Shown here one piece after another: positions 37,885-48,005 of a DNA stretch of 64,000 nucleotides. The stretch spans positions 124,001 through 188,000 of IMG/VR virus record IMGVR_UViG_3300024259_002152; one strand, given 5' to 3'. Each line of letters opens with the position of its first letter. Position 1 is the first letter of the stretch. The notes under the pieces were generated by a model. It was given only the letters and a program-made list of their open reading frames with translations. It ran no database searches and was not told the origin of the DNA. The position numbers were made by a program, and so were the translations under genes.

Positions 37885-38555
37885 ATATTACAATTACTGC
37901 TACAGTGAGGCCCGATCTTTTTCATCAAACTCTTAAATCTTTTACTGATAAATTATTTATTAATAGGAAAGAATATAGGATTGTTGTGAATATAGATCCC
38001 ATAGGAGAAGATGTTGATCCTATGAGGATGGTAGAAGTGGCTAGGCAGTTTTTTGATAATGTTCTATTCAACATTCCTGATGAGCCTAATTTTGCTAAAG
38101 CCGTTAAGTGGTGTTGGGAAAATATAGAGTCAAAGTTCGTTTTTCATCTTGAAGACGATTGGGTCATTTGTAAAAAAGTAAATATTAATAGTATGATTGA
38201 GTTATTAAACGAAAATCAAACGTTATCTTCTTTAAGATTGTCTAGAAAGAGGCTAACTCCAGAATGTAATTTTTATGGATTTCGTATTAGGAAAAAAGTT
38301 GGTTTAAACCCGACACTATGGAGATCAGAAATTTTAAGGGACATATCTCAAGGAATGAATGATAGAGATAATCCAGAAAAACAATTAAAAACCTTATATA
38401 GAAAAAGAAAAGAAGATGGTTTTATGAGCGGGGTGTATTTTGAGAAAGATATAGTGGGTAAATATGTTAAAGACATAGGTGGTCGCTCATGGATGGAAAA
38501 TAGTAATCTTCATAAAAGAAAGGGTTCTAATTTTGTTACATGGGGTAGACTTTAA
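37878..38555 (+). CDS. GT2-like glycosyltransferase
   Basis: TATVRP, NIDP and FHLEDDW motifs. Confidence 0.7.
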   Translation: MLDITITATVRPDLFHQTLKSFTDKLFINRKEYRIVVNIDPIGEDVDPMRMVEVARQFFDNVLFNIPDEPNFAKAVKWCWENIESKFVFHLEDDWVICKKVNINSMIELLNENQTLSSLRLSRKRLTPECNFYGFRIRKKVGLNPTLWRSEILRDISQGMNDRDNPEKQLKTLYRKRKEDGFMSGVYFEKDIVGKYVKDIGGRSWMENSNLHKRKGSNFVTWGRL

Positions 38556-38557
38556 AA

Positions 38558-39232
38558 ATGTTAGACATTACAACCACGGCAACAATACGACCTAGCTTAT
38601 TATGTAAAACTTTGGAGTCTTTTACTAAAAATTTATTGGTTAATCAAAAAGATTATCGTTTAATTTTGAATGTAGATCCTATAGGCGAGGATATAGATCC
38701 TATGGAAGTAGTTAATGTAGGTAGGAGCTTCTTTGATAATGTAGTATATAATATATCTAATAAACCTAATTTTGCACAAGCAGTTAAATGGTGTTGGCAA
38801 ACAACTGATTCTGAATTAATTTTTCACATGGAGGACGATTGGACATTGTCCAGGAAAATACTAATTGATGATATGGTATCAACAATAAACAAAAATAATA
38901 ATATGATGTCATTAAGATTGCCCCAATTAAGTCTTAAAAAAGTAAATAAAGAAGATGAAAGAAATAATTTTATAAAACATCATAAGTTACTATTAAATCC
39001 GACTCTATTTAAGGGGGGTTTTATTAGAGATATGGCTAGTAAAATGAATATTTTGGACAATCCAGAAAAACAAATCCGAAGAAAGTTTAAATTATCGGAA
39101 AACAAATTTGCTGGAATATATTGTGGTCTTGGTAATGGAGAGTATATTAAACATACAGGAAGACAATGGCAAAAAAGAAGTAATTACCACAAAGTGAAGG
39201 GGTCTAACTTTATCACCTGGGAGAGAAGATAA
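38558..39232 (+). CDS. GT2-like glycosyltransferase (tandem paralog)
   Basis: TATIRP and FHMEDDW; collinear with the upstream gene. Confidence 0.7.
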   Translation: MLDITTTATIRPSLLCKTLESFTKNLLVNQKDYRLILNVDPIGEDIDPMEVVNVGRSFFDNVVYNISNKPNFAQAVKWCWQTTDSELIFHMEDDWTLSRKILIDDMVSTINKNNNMMSLRLPQLSLKKVNKEDERNNFIKHHKLLLNPTLFKGGFIRDMASKMNILDNPEKQIRRKFKLSENKFAGIYCGLGNGEYIKHTGRQWQKRSNYHKVKGSNFITWERR

Positions 39233-39234
39233 AT

Positions 39235-40149
39235 ATGAAAGTGTGTATTCCTGAACGTTTGAATGATCGAAGCGGGAAACATAAGTTTCTGAAAAGACTT
39301 GTAAAATGTTTTAATGATAATAACATAAAAATTGTTGATAATGATGCAGATATATTATTGCATATAGGCAGAAACATCAAAGGCATTAGTGCGAAAAAAA
39401 CTATCATGAGAGTAGATGGTTTAATTCTTAATAAATCCAAGCCATATGAAAAAAACAATAGAAAAATTGTTAAATACATTGATAGGAGTGATGCTCTAAT
39501 ATATCAGGGAGATTTTTGCAAAAATGCTTATCAAAAATTTTTGGGAGTCAATAAGAAATATACGTGTATTCAAAACGGAGCAGAACCTAATGATTTTTTA
39601 GATAGAGAGATAAAGAATTATTATTTTACTTATTGTCATTGGAGACCTCATAAAAGACTTAAAAATATATGTGACGGATTTATAAAGGCCTGTGAGAATG
39701 GATTAGATTCTATGTTGTTTGTTGCAGGGGACATAGATGGAGGAGGAATTGTTCGGCATCCTAATGTGAAATGGCTAAGGAAGATTTCTTCAGATGCTAT
39801 TAAAGAGTATCTAGCACATGCTATTTCTACTATTCATTTAGCATGGTTAGATTGGTGCCCTAATGCTATGGTGGAATCTATCGTGGCTGGATGCCCTATT
39901 GTATATTCTGATTCGGGAGGCTCTGCTGAAGTTGGCAGGTTCGGGGGGGTACCGATTAAAGATGTTCAATGGGATTATAAGCCTACTTTTCTTTATGATC
40001 CTCCACAGCTTGATTTAAAAGAAATTTCAGATGCTTTGTTTTATGTTAAAAATAATTCTGTAAAAACTGATGGAAGAGAATTAGATATCAAATATATAGC
40101 AAAACAGTATATCAAATTCTTTGAAGAGGTTTTGTCATGTCCGAGATAA
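39235..40149 (+). CDS. GT4-family glycosyltransferase
   Basis: RVDG, WRPHKR and DWCPNAMVE motifs; paralog of 30859. Confidence 0.8.
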   Translation: MKVCIPERLNDRSGKHKFLKRLVKCFNDNNIKIVDNDADILLHIGRNIKGISAKKTIMRVDGLILNKSKPYEKNNRKIVKYIDRSDALIYQGDFCKNAYQKFLGVNKKYTCIQNGAEPNDFLDREIKNYYFTYCHWRPHKRLKNICDGFIKACENGLDSMLFVAGDIDGGGIVRHPNVKWLRKISSDAIKEYLAHAISTIHLAWLDWCPNAMVESIVAGCPIVYSDSGGSAEVGRFGGVPIKDVQWDYKPTFLYDPPQLDLKEISDALFYVKNNSVKTDGRELDIKYIAKQYIKFFEEVLSCPR

Positions 40150-40616
40150 TAACCATACCAATAGATCTATTATTTTTTCCTTACAAACCTGATTTGGTGG
40201 ATTATTATCAAAAGTATTGGAGGAAAGATGGCAACTATTTATGGATGGGGAATCATCCACTAACCCTTTTTGCGGAAGATTATATAAAATATGGTAAGAA
40301 AGTATTGGAGAATTTAGATAGTCATATATTCATCAAATATGAATATGATAGATATTCTGAAGCTCCAACAGTTAAAAATGATACTCACAAATACAATGCT
40401 TCTCGAAGAATTATAGATATGGTTGATTCTGTAAAAAAATATGGATATTGTCAAAACAAGTATGACAAATCTAAACATCTAATAAGAGTTATTAGAAATG
40501 TCGATAAAAAATATATGATAAATAAAGAAGTATATGTTTTAAAAAGTAAAAAGCACAGGGCGTCAGCCTGTTGCGTATTAGGCATTAGAAACATAAAAGT
40601 TAAGGTTATTAATTAA
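40137..40616 (+). CDS. hypothetical protein, ParB/Srx-like (degenerate)
   Basis: DSVKKYGY...KHRASACCVLG. Confidence 0.5.
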   Translation: MSEIITIPIDLLFFPYKPDLVDYYQKYWRKDGNYLWMGNHPLTLFAEDYIKYGKKVLENLDSHIFIKYEYDRYSEAPTVKNDTHKYNASRRIIDMVDSVKKYGYCQNKYDKSKHLIRVIRNVDKKYMINKEVYVLKSKKHRASACCVLGIRNIKVKVIN

Positions 40617-40617
40617 A

Positions 40618-41742
40618 ATGAAAAATATTTTGTTGATTACTACCGTGTATAGAGTTGGAGAAAAAATATATCCTATTATTCCTAAATTATCAGAGAAATA
40701 TAATGTTCATGTTCTCAATATGTATCAAATGAGTAATAAAACACCATGGGTTAATATGGATGATCCTCGTATAGGTTTTTATGACATGTGTGAGAAATAT
40801 TGTTCTCATATCGTGCATGGGCCACAGTATTTCCACGCCGCCGACAAAGATGCAGAGGTGAATTATAGATTTGTTAAGAAAATAGACAAATACTTACAAA
40901 GAGATTATTATGATTTGGTTATTTGGGATAATAATATTACTATCAAGGGTGGTCAATTGAATGAGATATATAAATGGTTTAAGGAACAAGATATTATTAA
41001 TGTAGGTTGTCCTCATGGAAATAAGGAGATTAAAGCTTATAGGATTCATAAAAGATTAAACAGACTTTACGATTATTCTTTTGTTTTTGGGAAAAAAGAA
41101 AAGAAAGCATTAGAATCTATTTCTAAAGGGAAATTAACAAATAAGCTTTTTACGGGAGGCATTCCAGATAACGATAAATTAAAAGGATATAGCAGGGGGA
41201 ATAAATATATTCTTATTATACCTAATTTTACAGATCCTGCTTTAATTGGTGGACAGACTTCTCATTTTAAGATATTTACGAAACAGATTTTTGATGAATT
41301 AAAAATTCATGAACTAAGTAAGGATTATAGTTGTGATATTATAATTAAGGAAAAATTGAAACTATTTTATTCAACTACACTTTTAAAAGATTCTCTTAAA
41401 TCATATGAAAATGTTCATTGTATAGATTATCACGAGGATCATAATCAGCTTATTGCTGATGCTATATGTGTAATAGGCGCTTCATCTACATTGAATTTTA
41501 AATCTATTCAAATGGGAATACCAAGTATTTTGTTAAAAGGATATGGGGTGAGTGGTAATTTTTCGAACTATCAGGGGATGATTGGTAGTGATCCTATAAA
41601 AATGAGAGAATCTATTGAAAAACAAGAAAAAGATGGTAAAGATATTAATTTTATTACCGATACACTAGAAGGCGGTTTAGATTTTAATTCTACTGATGTA
41701 TATGTAGATAGAATAGATAAAATAATTGGAGAGGTTAAATGA
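40618..41742 (+). CDS. putative GT-B fold transferase
   Basis: PHG, GIP and C-terminal ASST...MGIP motifs, typical of capsule/sialyltransferase-like GT-B proteins. Confidence 0.5.
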   Translation: MKNILLITTVYRVGEKIYPIIPKLSEKYNVHVLNMYQMSNKTPWVNMDDPRIGFYDMCEKYCSHIVHGPQYFHAADKDAEVNYRFVKKIDKYLQRDYYDLVIWDNNITIKGGQLNEIYKWFKEQDIINVGCPHGNKEIKAYRIHKRLNRLYDYSFVFGKKEKKALESISKGKLTNKLFTGGIPDNDKLKGYSRGNKYILIIPNFTDPALIGGQTSHFKIFTKQIFDELKIHELSKDYSCDIIIKEKLKLFYSTTLLKDSLKSYENVHCIDYHEDHNQLIADAICVIGASSTLNFKSIQMGIPSILLKGYGVSGNFSNYQGMIGSDPIKMRESIEKQEKDGKDINFITDTLEGGLDFNSTDVYVDRIDKIIGEVK

Positions 41743-42275
41743 TTTTAAAATTACATTTGGGTTGTGGAGAGAAGCATATTGATGGATATATTAATATTGA
41801 TATAAGGCCAATGGAAGAAGTGGATAAGGTGGATAATATAAAATATTTGCGTTCTTTTAAGCCCAATACGGTGGATGTTATTTATTCTTGTTCTGTTTTG
41901 GAGCATTTTATTAGATGGGAGTACAAAAATGCATTAAGAAGATGGTATGAATTATTGAAGCCAGGGGGGAAGCTAAGGATAGGAGTGCCAGATTTTGAGT
42001 CAATTGTAAAATATTATCAACATAATAAAGATCTGGATTCAATTCTTGGTCTTTTATATGGGGGTCAGGACTATGAGCAGAATTTTCATCATATGTGTTG
42101 GGATTTTCGTAGTTTGCAAAAAGATTTATATGAAATTGGTTTTAAGGACATTCATAGATATAACTGGAGAGATACAGAGCATTCCCATATTGACGATTTT
42201 AGTCAGTCTTATTTGCCTCATATGGATAAAGAGCAGGGAAGGTTAATGCATCTTAATGTGGAGGCAGTTAAATGA
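41739..42275 (+). CDS. class I SAM methyltransferase (type 11-like)
   Basis: LHLGCG, INID, LEH and LKPGG...VPDF motifs. Confidence 0.85.
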   Translation: MILKLHLGCGEKHIDGYINIDIRPMEEVDKVDNIKYLRSFKPNTVDVIYSCSVLEHFIRWEYKNALRRWYELLKPGGKLRIGVPDFESIVKYYQHNKDLDSILGLLYGGQDYEQNFHHMCWDFRSLQKDLYEIGFKDIHRYNWRDTEHSHIDDFSQSYLPHMDKEQGRLMHLNVEAVK

Positions 42276-43261
42276 ATCATAAAATAGGTATTCTATTGAC
42301 AAGTAGAAATAATTATGATTTTATGGGGAAAAAATGGTGCAAACAGACTTTAGAAGAATCTGATGGTAATATATTTCCAGTGTTGAATATAGATGAAGAT
42401 TCTTCGGCGGAAGAAAAACAAAAAGGAAGAGAATTATGTGATAAATATAACAACATGACTTATATGGATAGAGAAGAACCAGGGATGCATTATAACATTG
42501 ATTCAGCTATAAGATTTTTTGGGGATGATGTAAAATATATAGTATGGTTTCAGCATGATTGCTGGCCTCTTCAAAAAGATTTTTTTCACATATTTAATAG
42601 TATTGTAGAGAATGGTAAGTTAGATAATTTTGGGACAATTGGATTTAATAGTTTAGCTCAAAATATATTCAAAAGAGATAATCAGCACGAGGAGATAATA
42701 AAAGAATTTAGAGAAGGTAAAATGCCGTTGGGAGTATTGTCAAGAAGTGTTTTAGAAAGTGCAGGAGCAAGAGATCTTTATTATTGTGGAAAGAAGGTGA
42801 AAAATAGGATAGGTCATCCAGTTGGTAAAGATAAATTTTCAAAACCATGTGCGATAGCGGTGCCTGTCTGGTATGCTATAGCTGTAAATGTATCTCTGTT
42901 TAAAAAGGAAATAGATTTAGATAGAGATATGCGTTTTTTTAGATCTTGGGATGATATAGCTTTTCAGTTTTTGAATAAAAATATATATAACATAGTTTTG
43001 CCTGATTTATATATAGAACATAGACCTGATCTAAAAAAGCTTTTTGGATTGCCTGCTTTGTCTGTAAAAAGAGTAAAAAAAGATGATACTTATCACTCGG
43101 CAGTTGGGGTTGGTCCTGAAGCATGGATTAAATATTGGGGATGGGACTTTGAGCATCCCTCAACTTTCGAAAAAGTTAAAGACAAATATAAAGATACATT
43201 GTTGTATAAATTTTATAAATATGATTACACAAAAGGACCATTAAGGAGCTTTGAAATATAA
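42272..43261 (+). CDS. putative GT2-like glycosyltransferase
   Basis: IDEDS, FQHD and WDD motifs. Confidence 0.55.
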   Translation: MNHKIGILLTSRNNYDFMGKKWCKQTLEESDGNIFPVLNIDEDSSAEEKQKGRELCDKYNNMTYMDREEPGMHYNIDSAIRFFGDDVKYIVWFQHDCWPLQKDFFHIFNSIVENGKLDNFGTIGFNSLAQNIFKRDNQHEEIIKEFREGKMPLGVLSRSVLESAGARDLYYCGKKVKNRIGHPVGKDKFSKPCAIAVPVWYAIAVNVSLFKKEIDLDRDMRFFRSWDDIAFQFLNKNIYNIVLPDLYIEHRPDLKKLFGLPALSVKRVKKDDTYHSAVGVGPEAWIKYWGWDFEHPSTFEKVKDKYKDTLLYKFYKYDYTKGPLRSFEI

Positions 43262-44223
43262 TGACTAACTTATCAAGAAAAATTATTTGTATAACACCCA
43301 TTAAACATATAGAGGGGGCAATAGAAGCTCTTCAAAAATGTGGAGAAGTTATTTATGATCCGTATATTGCCAAAACAGATCTTAAAAATAGAATAATTTA
43401 CCATGAAATAGATACCATATTTTCGAATCCATGTAAACAAACTTTTAAGATTGATGAAGAGTTGTTAGCAGGAACAAACGTGGATACTATTTGTACTGCT
43501 TCTACGGGAACAGATCATATAGCTATGGATTATTGCAAGATTAATAACATAGAAGTTTTATGTTTGGCCAAGGATTATGAAATACTTGAGACTATTACTT
43601 CTACAGCAGAGATGGCGTTTACATTAATGCTTGCTTTAATTAGAAATCTACCTAAAGCTGTTGAGGGGGTTAGTAGATATGAATGGGACTACGAGAAATA
43701 TAGAAGTAGACAATTAGATCATCTTAGAGTCGGTATCATTGGATATGGTCGATTAGGAGAGATTTATGCAAAATTCTGTGATCCTTTTTTCGCGGATGTG
43801 ATAGTAACTGATCCTTATAAGGATGTGGGTAATAGGTATCTTCAGGTAGAGTTAGATGAATTATTATATCAATCTGATGTTATTGCTCTTCATATTCACT
43901 TGAATAAAGAAACATATCATATGATAAATGAAGAAGCTATTAACAAAATGAAAGATGGTGCTTATTTAGTTAATACGTCTAGGGGAGATATTGTGGATGA
44001 GAAAGCGGTTATAGCAGCAATAAGAAGAGGCAAAATAAAGGGGTATGCTGCTGATGTTATATCTGGTGAATATCAAGACGATGTTAGCGAAAGCGCGATG
44101 ATTAATGCTATGAATGAAGGTTTGAATATTGTTATTAGTCCTCATATTTCTGGGACAACCAAAGAAGCACAGAAAATAGCATATTTATATGCCATATCTA
44201 AATTGGCAAGGGAGGATGATTAA
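43261..44223 (+). CDS. D-isomer-specific 2-hydroxyacid dehydrogenase
   Basis: GTDH, TAE, GIIGYGRLG, NTSRG and SPHISG motifs. Confidence 0.9.
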   Translation: MTNLSRKIICITPIKHIEGAIEALQKCGEVIYDPYIAKTDLKNRIIYHEIDTIFSNPCKQTFKIDEELLAGTNVDTICTASTGTDHIAMDYCKINNIEVLCLAKDYEILETITSTAEMAFTLMLALIRNLPKAVEGVSRYEWDYEKYRSRQLDHLRVGIIGYGRLGEIYAKFCDPFFADVIVTDPYKDVGNRYLQVELDELLYQSDVIALHIHLNKETYHMINEEAINKMKDGAYLVNTSRGDIVDEKAVIAAIRRGKIKGYAADVISGEYQDDVSESAMINAMNEGLNIVISPHISGTTKEAQKIAYLYAISKLAREDD

Positions 44224-44864
44224 TGATTGTTTATCCTTCTTATGAGTGGTCAAAGAGAATGGTTCATAAATCTAATAAAGATTTGAAGAGGACTGTTTTT
44301 AAATATTGCAAATATAATCCTAAAGTTATTTTTGATGTGGGAGCTAATATTGGTGTTTATTCTTTTTTGTTTTCTATGAGGTATAAAGATGCAAAAATAT
44401 ATTCGTTTGAGCCAGTTGTTGAGAATTTTAATTATTTAGTTCAAAATATAGAAGCTAATAATCTTAAAAATGTCATTCCGTATAATTTTGGTTTTTATAA
44501 AGAAGAGAAAATAATGGAATTAGGAGTTCCTGTATACGATAAAGATGATCCTAGAGGAGGGACTTATACCCTTTTCAGCCAGGGGGAGTTAACCAATAAA
44601 GTTGTTGCGAAATTTAAGATTTTAGATGATTTTATTTTGCAAAACAATATTACAGAAATAGATATCTTAAAAGTAGATGTTGAAGGATCAGAAAGAAATA
44701 TGTTTGAGAGAGGTATAAATGCGTTAAAAATAACAAAAATGTTGCATATCGAATTCTGGAAACAAAATAAAGAACATAAAGATATTATGATAAATTTTTT
44801 GGAAAAACTTGGTTTTAAATCCATAAGGCGTAATCATCAAAATTTCTTATTTAAAAAATATTAG
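44223..44864 (+). CDS. FkbM-family methyltransferase
   Basis: DVGANIG, FEP and KVDVEGSE motifs. Confidence 0.9.
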   Translation: MIVYPSYEWSKRMVHKSNKDLKRTVFKYCKYNPKVIFDVGANIGVYSFLFSMRYKDAKIYSFEPVVENFNYLVQNIEANNLKNVIPYNFGFYKEEKIMELGVPVYDKDDPRGGTYTLFSQGELTNKVVAKFKILDDFILQNNITEIDILKVDVEGSERNMFERGINALKITKMLHIEFWKQNKEHKDIMINFLEKLGFKSIRRNHQNFLFKKY

Positions 44865-44876
44865 GGAGAATAAAGA

Positions 44877-45566
44877 ATGATTCATAATAAAAAAATATTG
44901 GCTGTCACTTTAGCAAGGGGCGGGTCTACAACGATAAAAAAGAAAAATATTGTGGATATATGTGGTAAACCATTATTGCAATATACGACTGAAGAAGTTA
45001 AGAAAAGTAGATATATTGATAGGTATATGGTTTCTACGGATGATGATGACATTAAAAAAGTATGTAATAATGTTGATGTTGAATATTATAATAGATCTGC
45101 CGAGTTTGCCCAATCAACCTCCAAAAGCGCTGATGCTCTAATAGAGGTTATAAATGATATTGAAGAAGATTTTGATTATATTGTAGATGTGATGTGTACT
45201 AATCCCCTTAAAACAGTTGAGGATATAGATGAATGTATAGAAAAATTAGATAGTACCGATGCTGATTCTGTCGTGTCTGTTGTAAGAATATGGGATCATC
45301 ACCCATCAAGAGCAAAATACATTGAGAATGATTTGCTAAAAGATTTTTATTCAGAGCCCACAGAAAGTAGGAGGCAAGATTTAACACCTCCTGCTTATGT
45401 GAGGAATGGTTCTATTTATATCACATCTATAGATAGGTTATTAAAGTATCGAGATAGGTTAACTGGGGTTCTTAGACCATATGTTATGCCAGAAGATAGA
45501 ACTATAAATATAGATGAATATACCGATCTATTGATGGCCAGAATAATATTAGACAAAAAGGATTAG
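44877..45566 (+). CDS. acylneuraminate cytidylyltransferase (NeuA family) #2
   Basis: LARGGS...KKN, TNPL, RRQDL and NGSIY motifs. Confidence 0.88.
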   Translation: MIHNKKILAVTLARGGSTTIKKKNIVDICGKPLLQYTTEEVKKSRYIDRYMVSTDDDDIKKVCNNVDVEYYNRSAEFAQSTSKSADALIEVINDIEEDFDYIVDVMCTNPLKTVEDIDECIEKLDSTDADSVVSVVRIWDHHPSRAKYIENDLLKDFYSEPTESRRQDLTPPAYVRNGSIYITSIDRLLKYRDRLTGVLRPYVMPEDRTINIDEYTDLLMARIILDKKD

Positions 45567-45575
45567 AAAATATTA

Positions 45576-46451
45576 ATGAAAAAATTTAGAATAATTAAAT
45601 CAAGAGATAAGGGCGTGTTTTCTAATTTTTTACAGGTTCTTCAATGTTTGTATATATCGGAATTAGATGGAAGAATACCAATTGTGGACTGGGATATTAT
45701 ATGGCATGCTCAAAAAGAACCTCATAATGGATCTACAAACGTTTGGGAATATTATTTTGAACCAGTTTCTTCTTATTCTATTGATGATGTCAATCCAGAT
45801 AAAGATAGCGTAAAAATAGCTAATAAATATAGGAAGAAGGGCAAAAATATACGAGGGTGGGATAGAAGCTGTTGGACTTATAAAGTAAAACCTCCTAAGA
45901 GATGCTTAAATAATCCTAGTAGAGCATGTAGAGAGGCTATTAATCGTATCATTGTTAAATATATTAGAATAAAAAAACCTATTTTGAATAAGATAGATGA
46001 ATTTTATGTTAAAAATTTAGAAGGATTCGATTTGTTAGGGGTTCACATACGCGCTGCTACTGGATGGGGTCATCAGAGAAATCTGTTATTTGATGATTAT
46101 GTAAAACCTATGAAAAAATATTTGTTACAACATGATAATTCAAGGATTTTTTTGGCTACTGATTATGCTCCTTGTCTCAAATACATGCGAGATATTTTTG
46201 GCGACAAACTGGTGAATTATGATTGTCATATATCTGAAAATGGTTATTTAACAGTAACTGGTTCCTCTTCTATCTTAGAAAAAAAAACAGGGGGAGCATT
46301 AATCGGAGAAGAAGCTATAATTGATGCTATGTTGTTATCCAAATGTCATAAACTAGTACATGGAATGTCTAATGTGAGCGCTTCGGTAATGTATTTAAAT
46401 AAAGATATAGAAAATGAATATATTCCAGTGCGCAAACAGCGAGAGTGTTAA
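45576..46451 (+). CDS. NodZ-like (GT23 / O-fucosyltransferase-like) protein
   Basis: GVFSNF, NVWEYYFEP, GVHIR, FLATD and SNV motifs. Confidence 0.75.
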   Translation: MKKFRIIKSRDKGVFSNFLQVLQCLYISELDGRIPIVDWDIIWHAQKEPHNGSTNVWEYYFEPVSSYSIDDVNPDKDSVKIANKYRKKGKNIRGWDRSCWTYKVKPPKRCLNNPSRACREAINRIIVKYIRIKKPILNKIDEFYVKNLEGFDLLGVHIRAATGWGHQRNLLFDDYVKPMKKYLLQHDNSRIFLATDYAPCLKYMRDIFGDKLVNYDCHISENGYLTVTGSSSILEKKTGGALIGEEAIIDAMLLSKCHKLVHGMSNVSASVMYLNKDIENEYIPVRKQREC

Positions 46452-47318
46452 ATGAGCATAAAAAAAATTACAATAATTAAATCTAGAAATTTTGGTCTTT
46501 TTTCTAATTTTCTTCATACTCTTCAATATTTATATCTATCTGAAGTGGAGGATAGAATACCAATTGTGGACTGGGATATTGTATGGTATTCTCAAGAGAA
46601 GGGTTATAATGGCTCTAAAAATGTTTGGGAATATTATTTTGAACCAGTTTCTCCTTTCAGTTTAAAAGATATAGATAGAGATAAAGATGATGTAAAAGAA
46701 GTAAAGAAATACATAAAGGGAAGAAAATTACATTCCGAGCCAGATGGTTGTTGGGATTATATATCTTCTCCTCCAGAAATTTGTCTTAGTAATCCTAGTC
46801 CCGAAGCAAGGGCATTTATGCATTCTCTGATTAAAAAATATGTGGCTATTAAGTCCCCTATACAGAGCAAAATAGATTCTTTCTATGAGAAGAATATGAA
46901 GAATAATCAAGTAATTGGTGCTCACGTTAGGGCGTGTAGAGATAATAGAGGAGGGCATAGAGATATTCCGTTAGGTAAATATACTAAAAATATCGATAAA
47001 TATCTTTCTAATAATCCAAGTGCAAAAGTTCTGATAACCACTGATTATAAGCCATTTGTAGATCATTTTGCAAAAAAGTATAGGGATCGAATTATCTATT
47101 ATAATAGTCAACGGTCTGTCAATGGTTTTAGTCCTACATGCGGATTCAAAAGAAATCTTACTAGGAACAAAGGAGGGCCTAAAGTGGGAGAAGAAGTTTT
47201 GATAGAGTGTATTCTTTTATCAAAATGTGATCGTGTTCTTCATAGTTCTTCCAATGTTTCTAGTGCATGCATGTATTTTAATCCTAATTTTTCTCATAAG
47301 TATTTTGAACATGAGTGA
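46452..47318 (+). CDS. NodZ-like fucosyltransferase (tandem paralog)
   Basis: GLFSNF, NVWEYYFEP, GAHVR and SSNV motifs. Confidence 0.75.
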   Translation: MSIKKITIIKSRNFGLFSNFLHTLQYLYLSEVEDRIPIVDWDIVWYSQEKGYNGSKNVWEYYFEPVSPFSLKDIDRDKDDVKEVKKYIKGRKLHSEPDGCWDYISSPPEICLSNPSPEARAFMHSLIKKYVAIKSPIQSKIDSFYEKNMKNNQVIGAHVRACRDNRGGHRDIPLGKYTKNIDKYLSNNPSAKVLITTDYKPFVDHFAKKYRDRIIYYNSQRSVNGFSPTCGFKRNLTRNKGGPKVGEEVLIECILLSKCDRVLHSSSNVSSACMYFNPNFSHKYFEHE

Positions 47319-48000
47319 AATGGATAATATAAGAGATATAATTAAAGATCCATATTCGAATATTAGTATAAGTTTATTAATATCTTCTAAGAATTATGAT
47401 GACTTTTTAAAATTATACAATAATTTATTGTTATCATCAAGCGGAATTGAATCTATTGAAATACTGGTTAAGATTGATGAATTAGATAAAAGATATTTTG
47501 ATTTATTAAATGATGGTCCTTGCAAATTTAAGGTGTTAAATTATCCTCCTTATCATAGAAGGTATTCGGGTCATATTTTTTTTAATGATTTGTGTAAAAT
47601 ATCTCATGGCAAATTAATATGGCCTCTTTATGAAGATTGTGAGATTATTAGGGGAGATTGGTATAGTTGTTTGATGCAACTTGTCGATGATAATTTATAT
47701 AAGGATAATATTTTTAACATAGCTATTCCTATGGATAACGGAAAAGGATTTAAACAAATATGTGGAGCTAATATTGTAAGTAAAGAGTGGTTTGATTTTT
47801 TTGGAATTATATCTCCTTTTCCTAATTTGGACAGGTGGCTATCAGAATTATCAAGAAAAATAGGTAGATATGTGGGGATAAGTGAAGATAAATTATTGTC
47901 TCATTTTCCAAAAGGGCATAGAACGTTAAGTAAAAAACAAAGAAAAGAGTTATTTTATCCTCAGCTCGAAAAATATATAAAACATTTTAATGAAAGGTAG
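47311..48000 (+). CDS. putative GT-A-like protein
   Basis: EILVKID, YED and LDRW motifs; ATG at 47311 overlaps the upstream gene end. Confidence 0.5.
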   Translation: MSEMDNIRDIIKDPYSNISISLLISSKNYDDFLKLYNNLLLSSSGIESIEILVKIDELDKRYFDLLNDGPCKFKVLNYPPYHRRYSGHIFFNDLCKISHGKLIWPLYEDCEIIRGDWYSCLMQLVDDNLYKDNIFNIAIPMDNGKGFKQICGANIVSKEWFDFFGIISPFPNLDRWLSELSRKIGRYVGISEDKLLSHFPKGHRTLSKKQRKELFYPQLEKYIKHFNER

Positions 48001-48005
48001 TTGCG

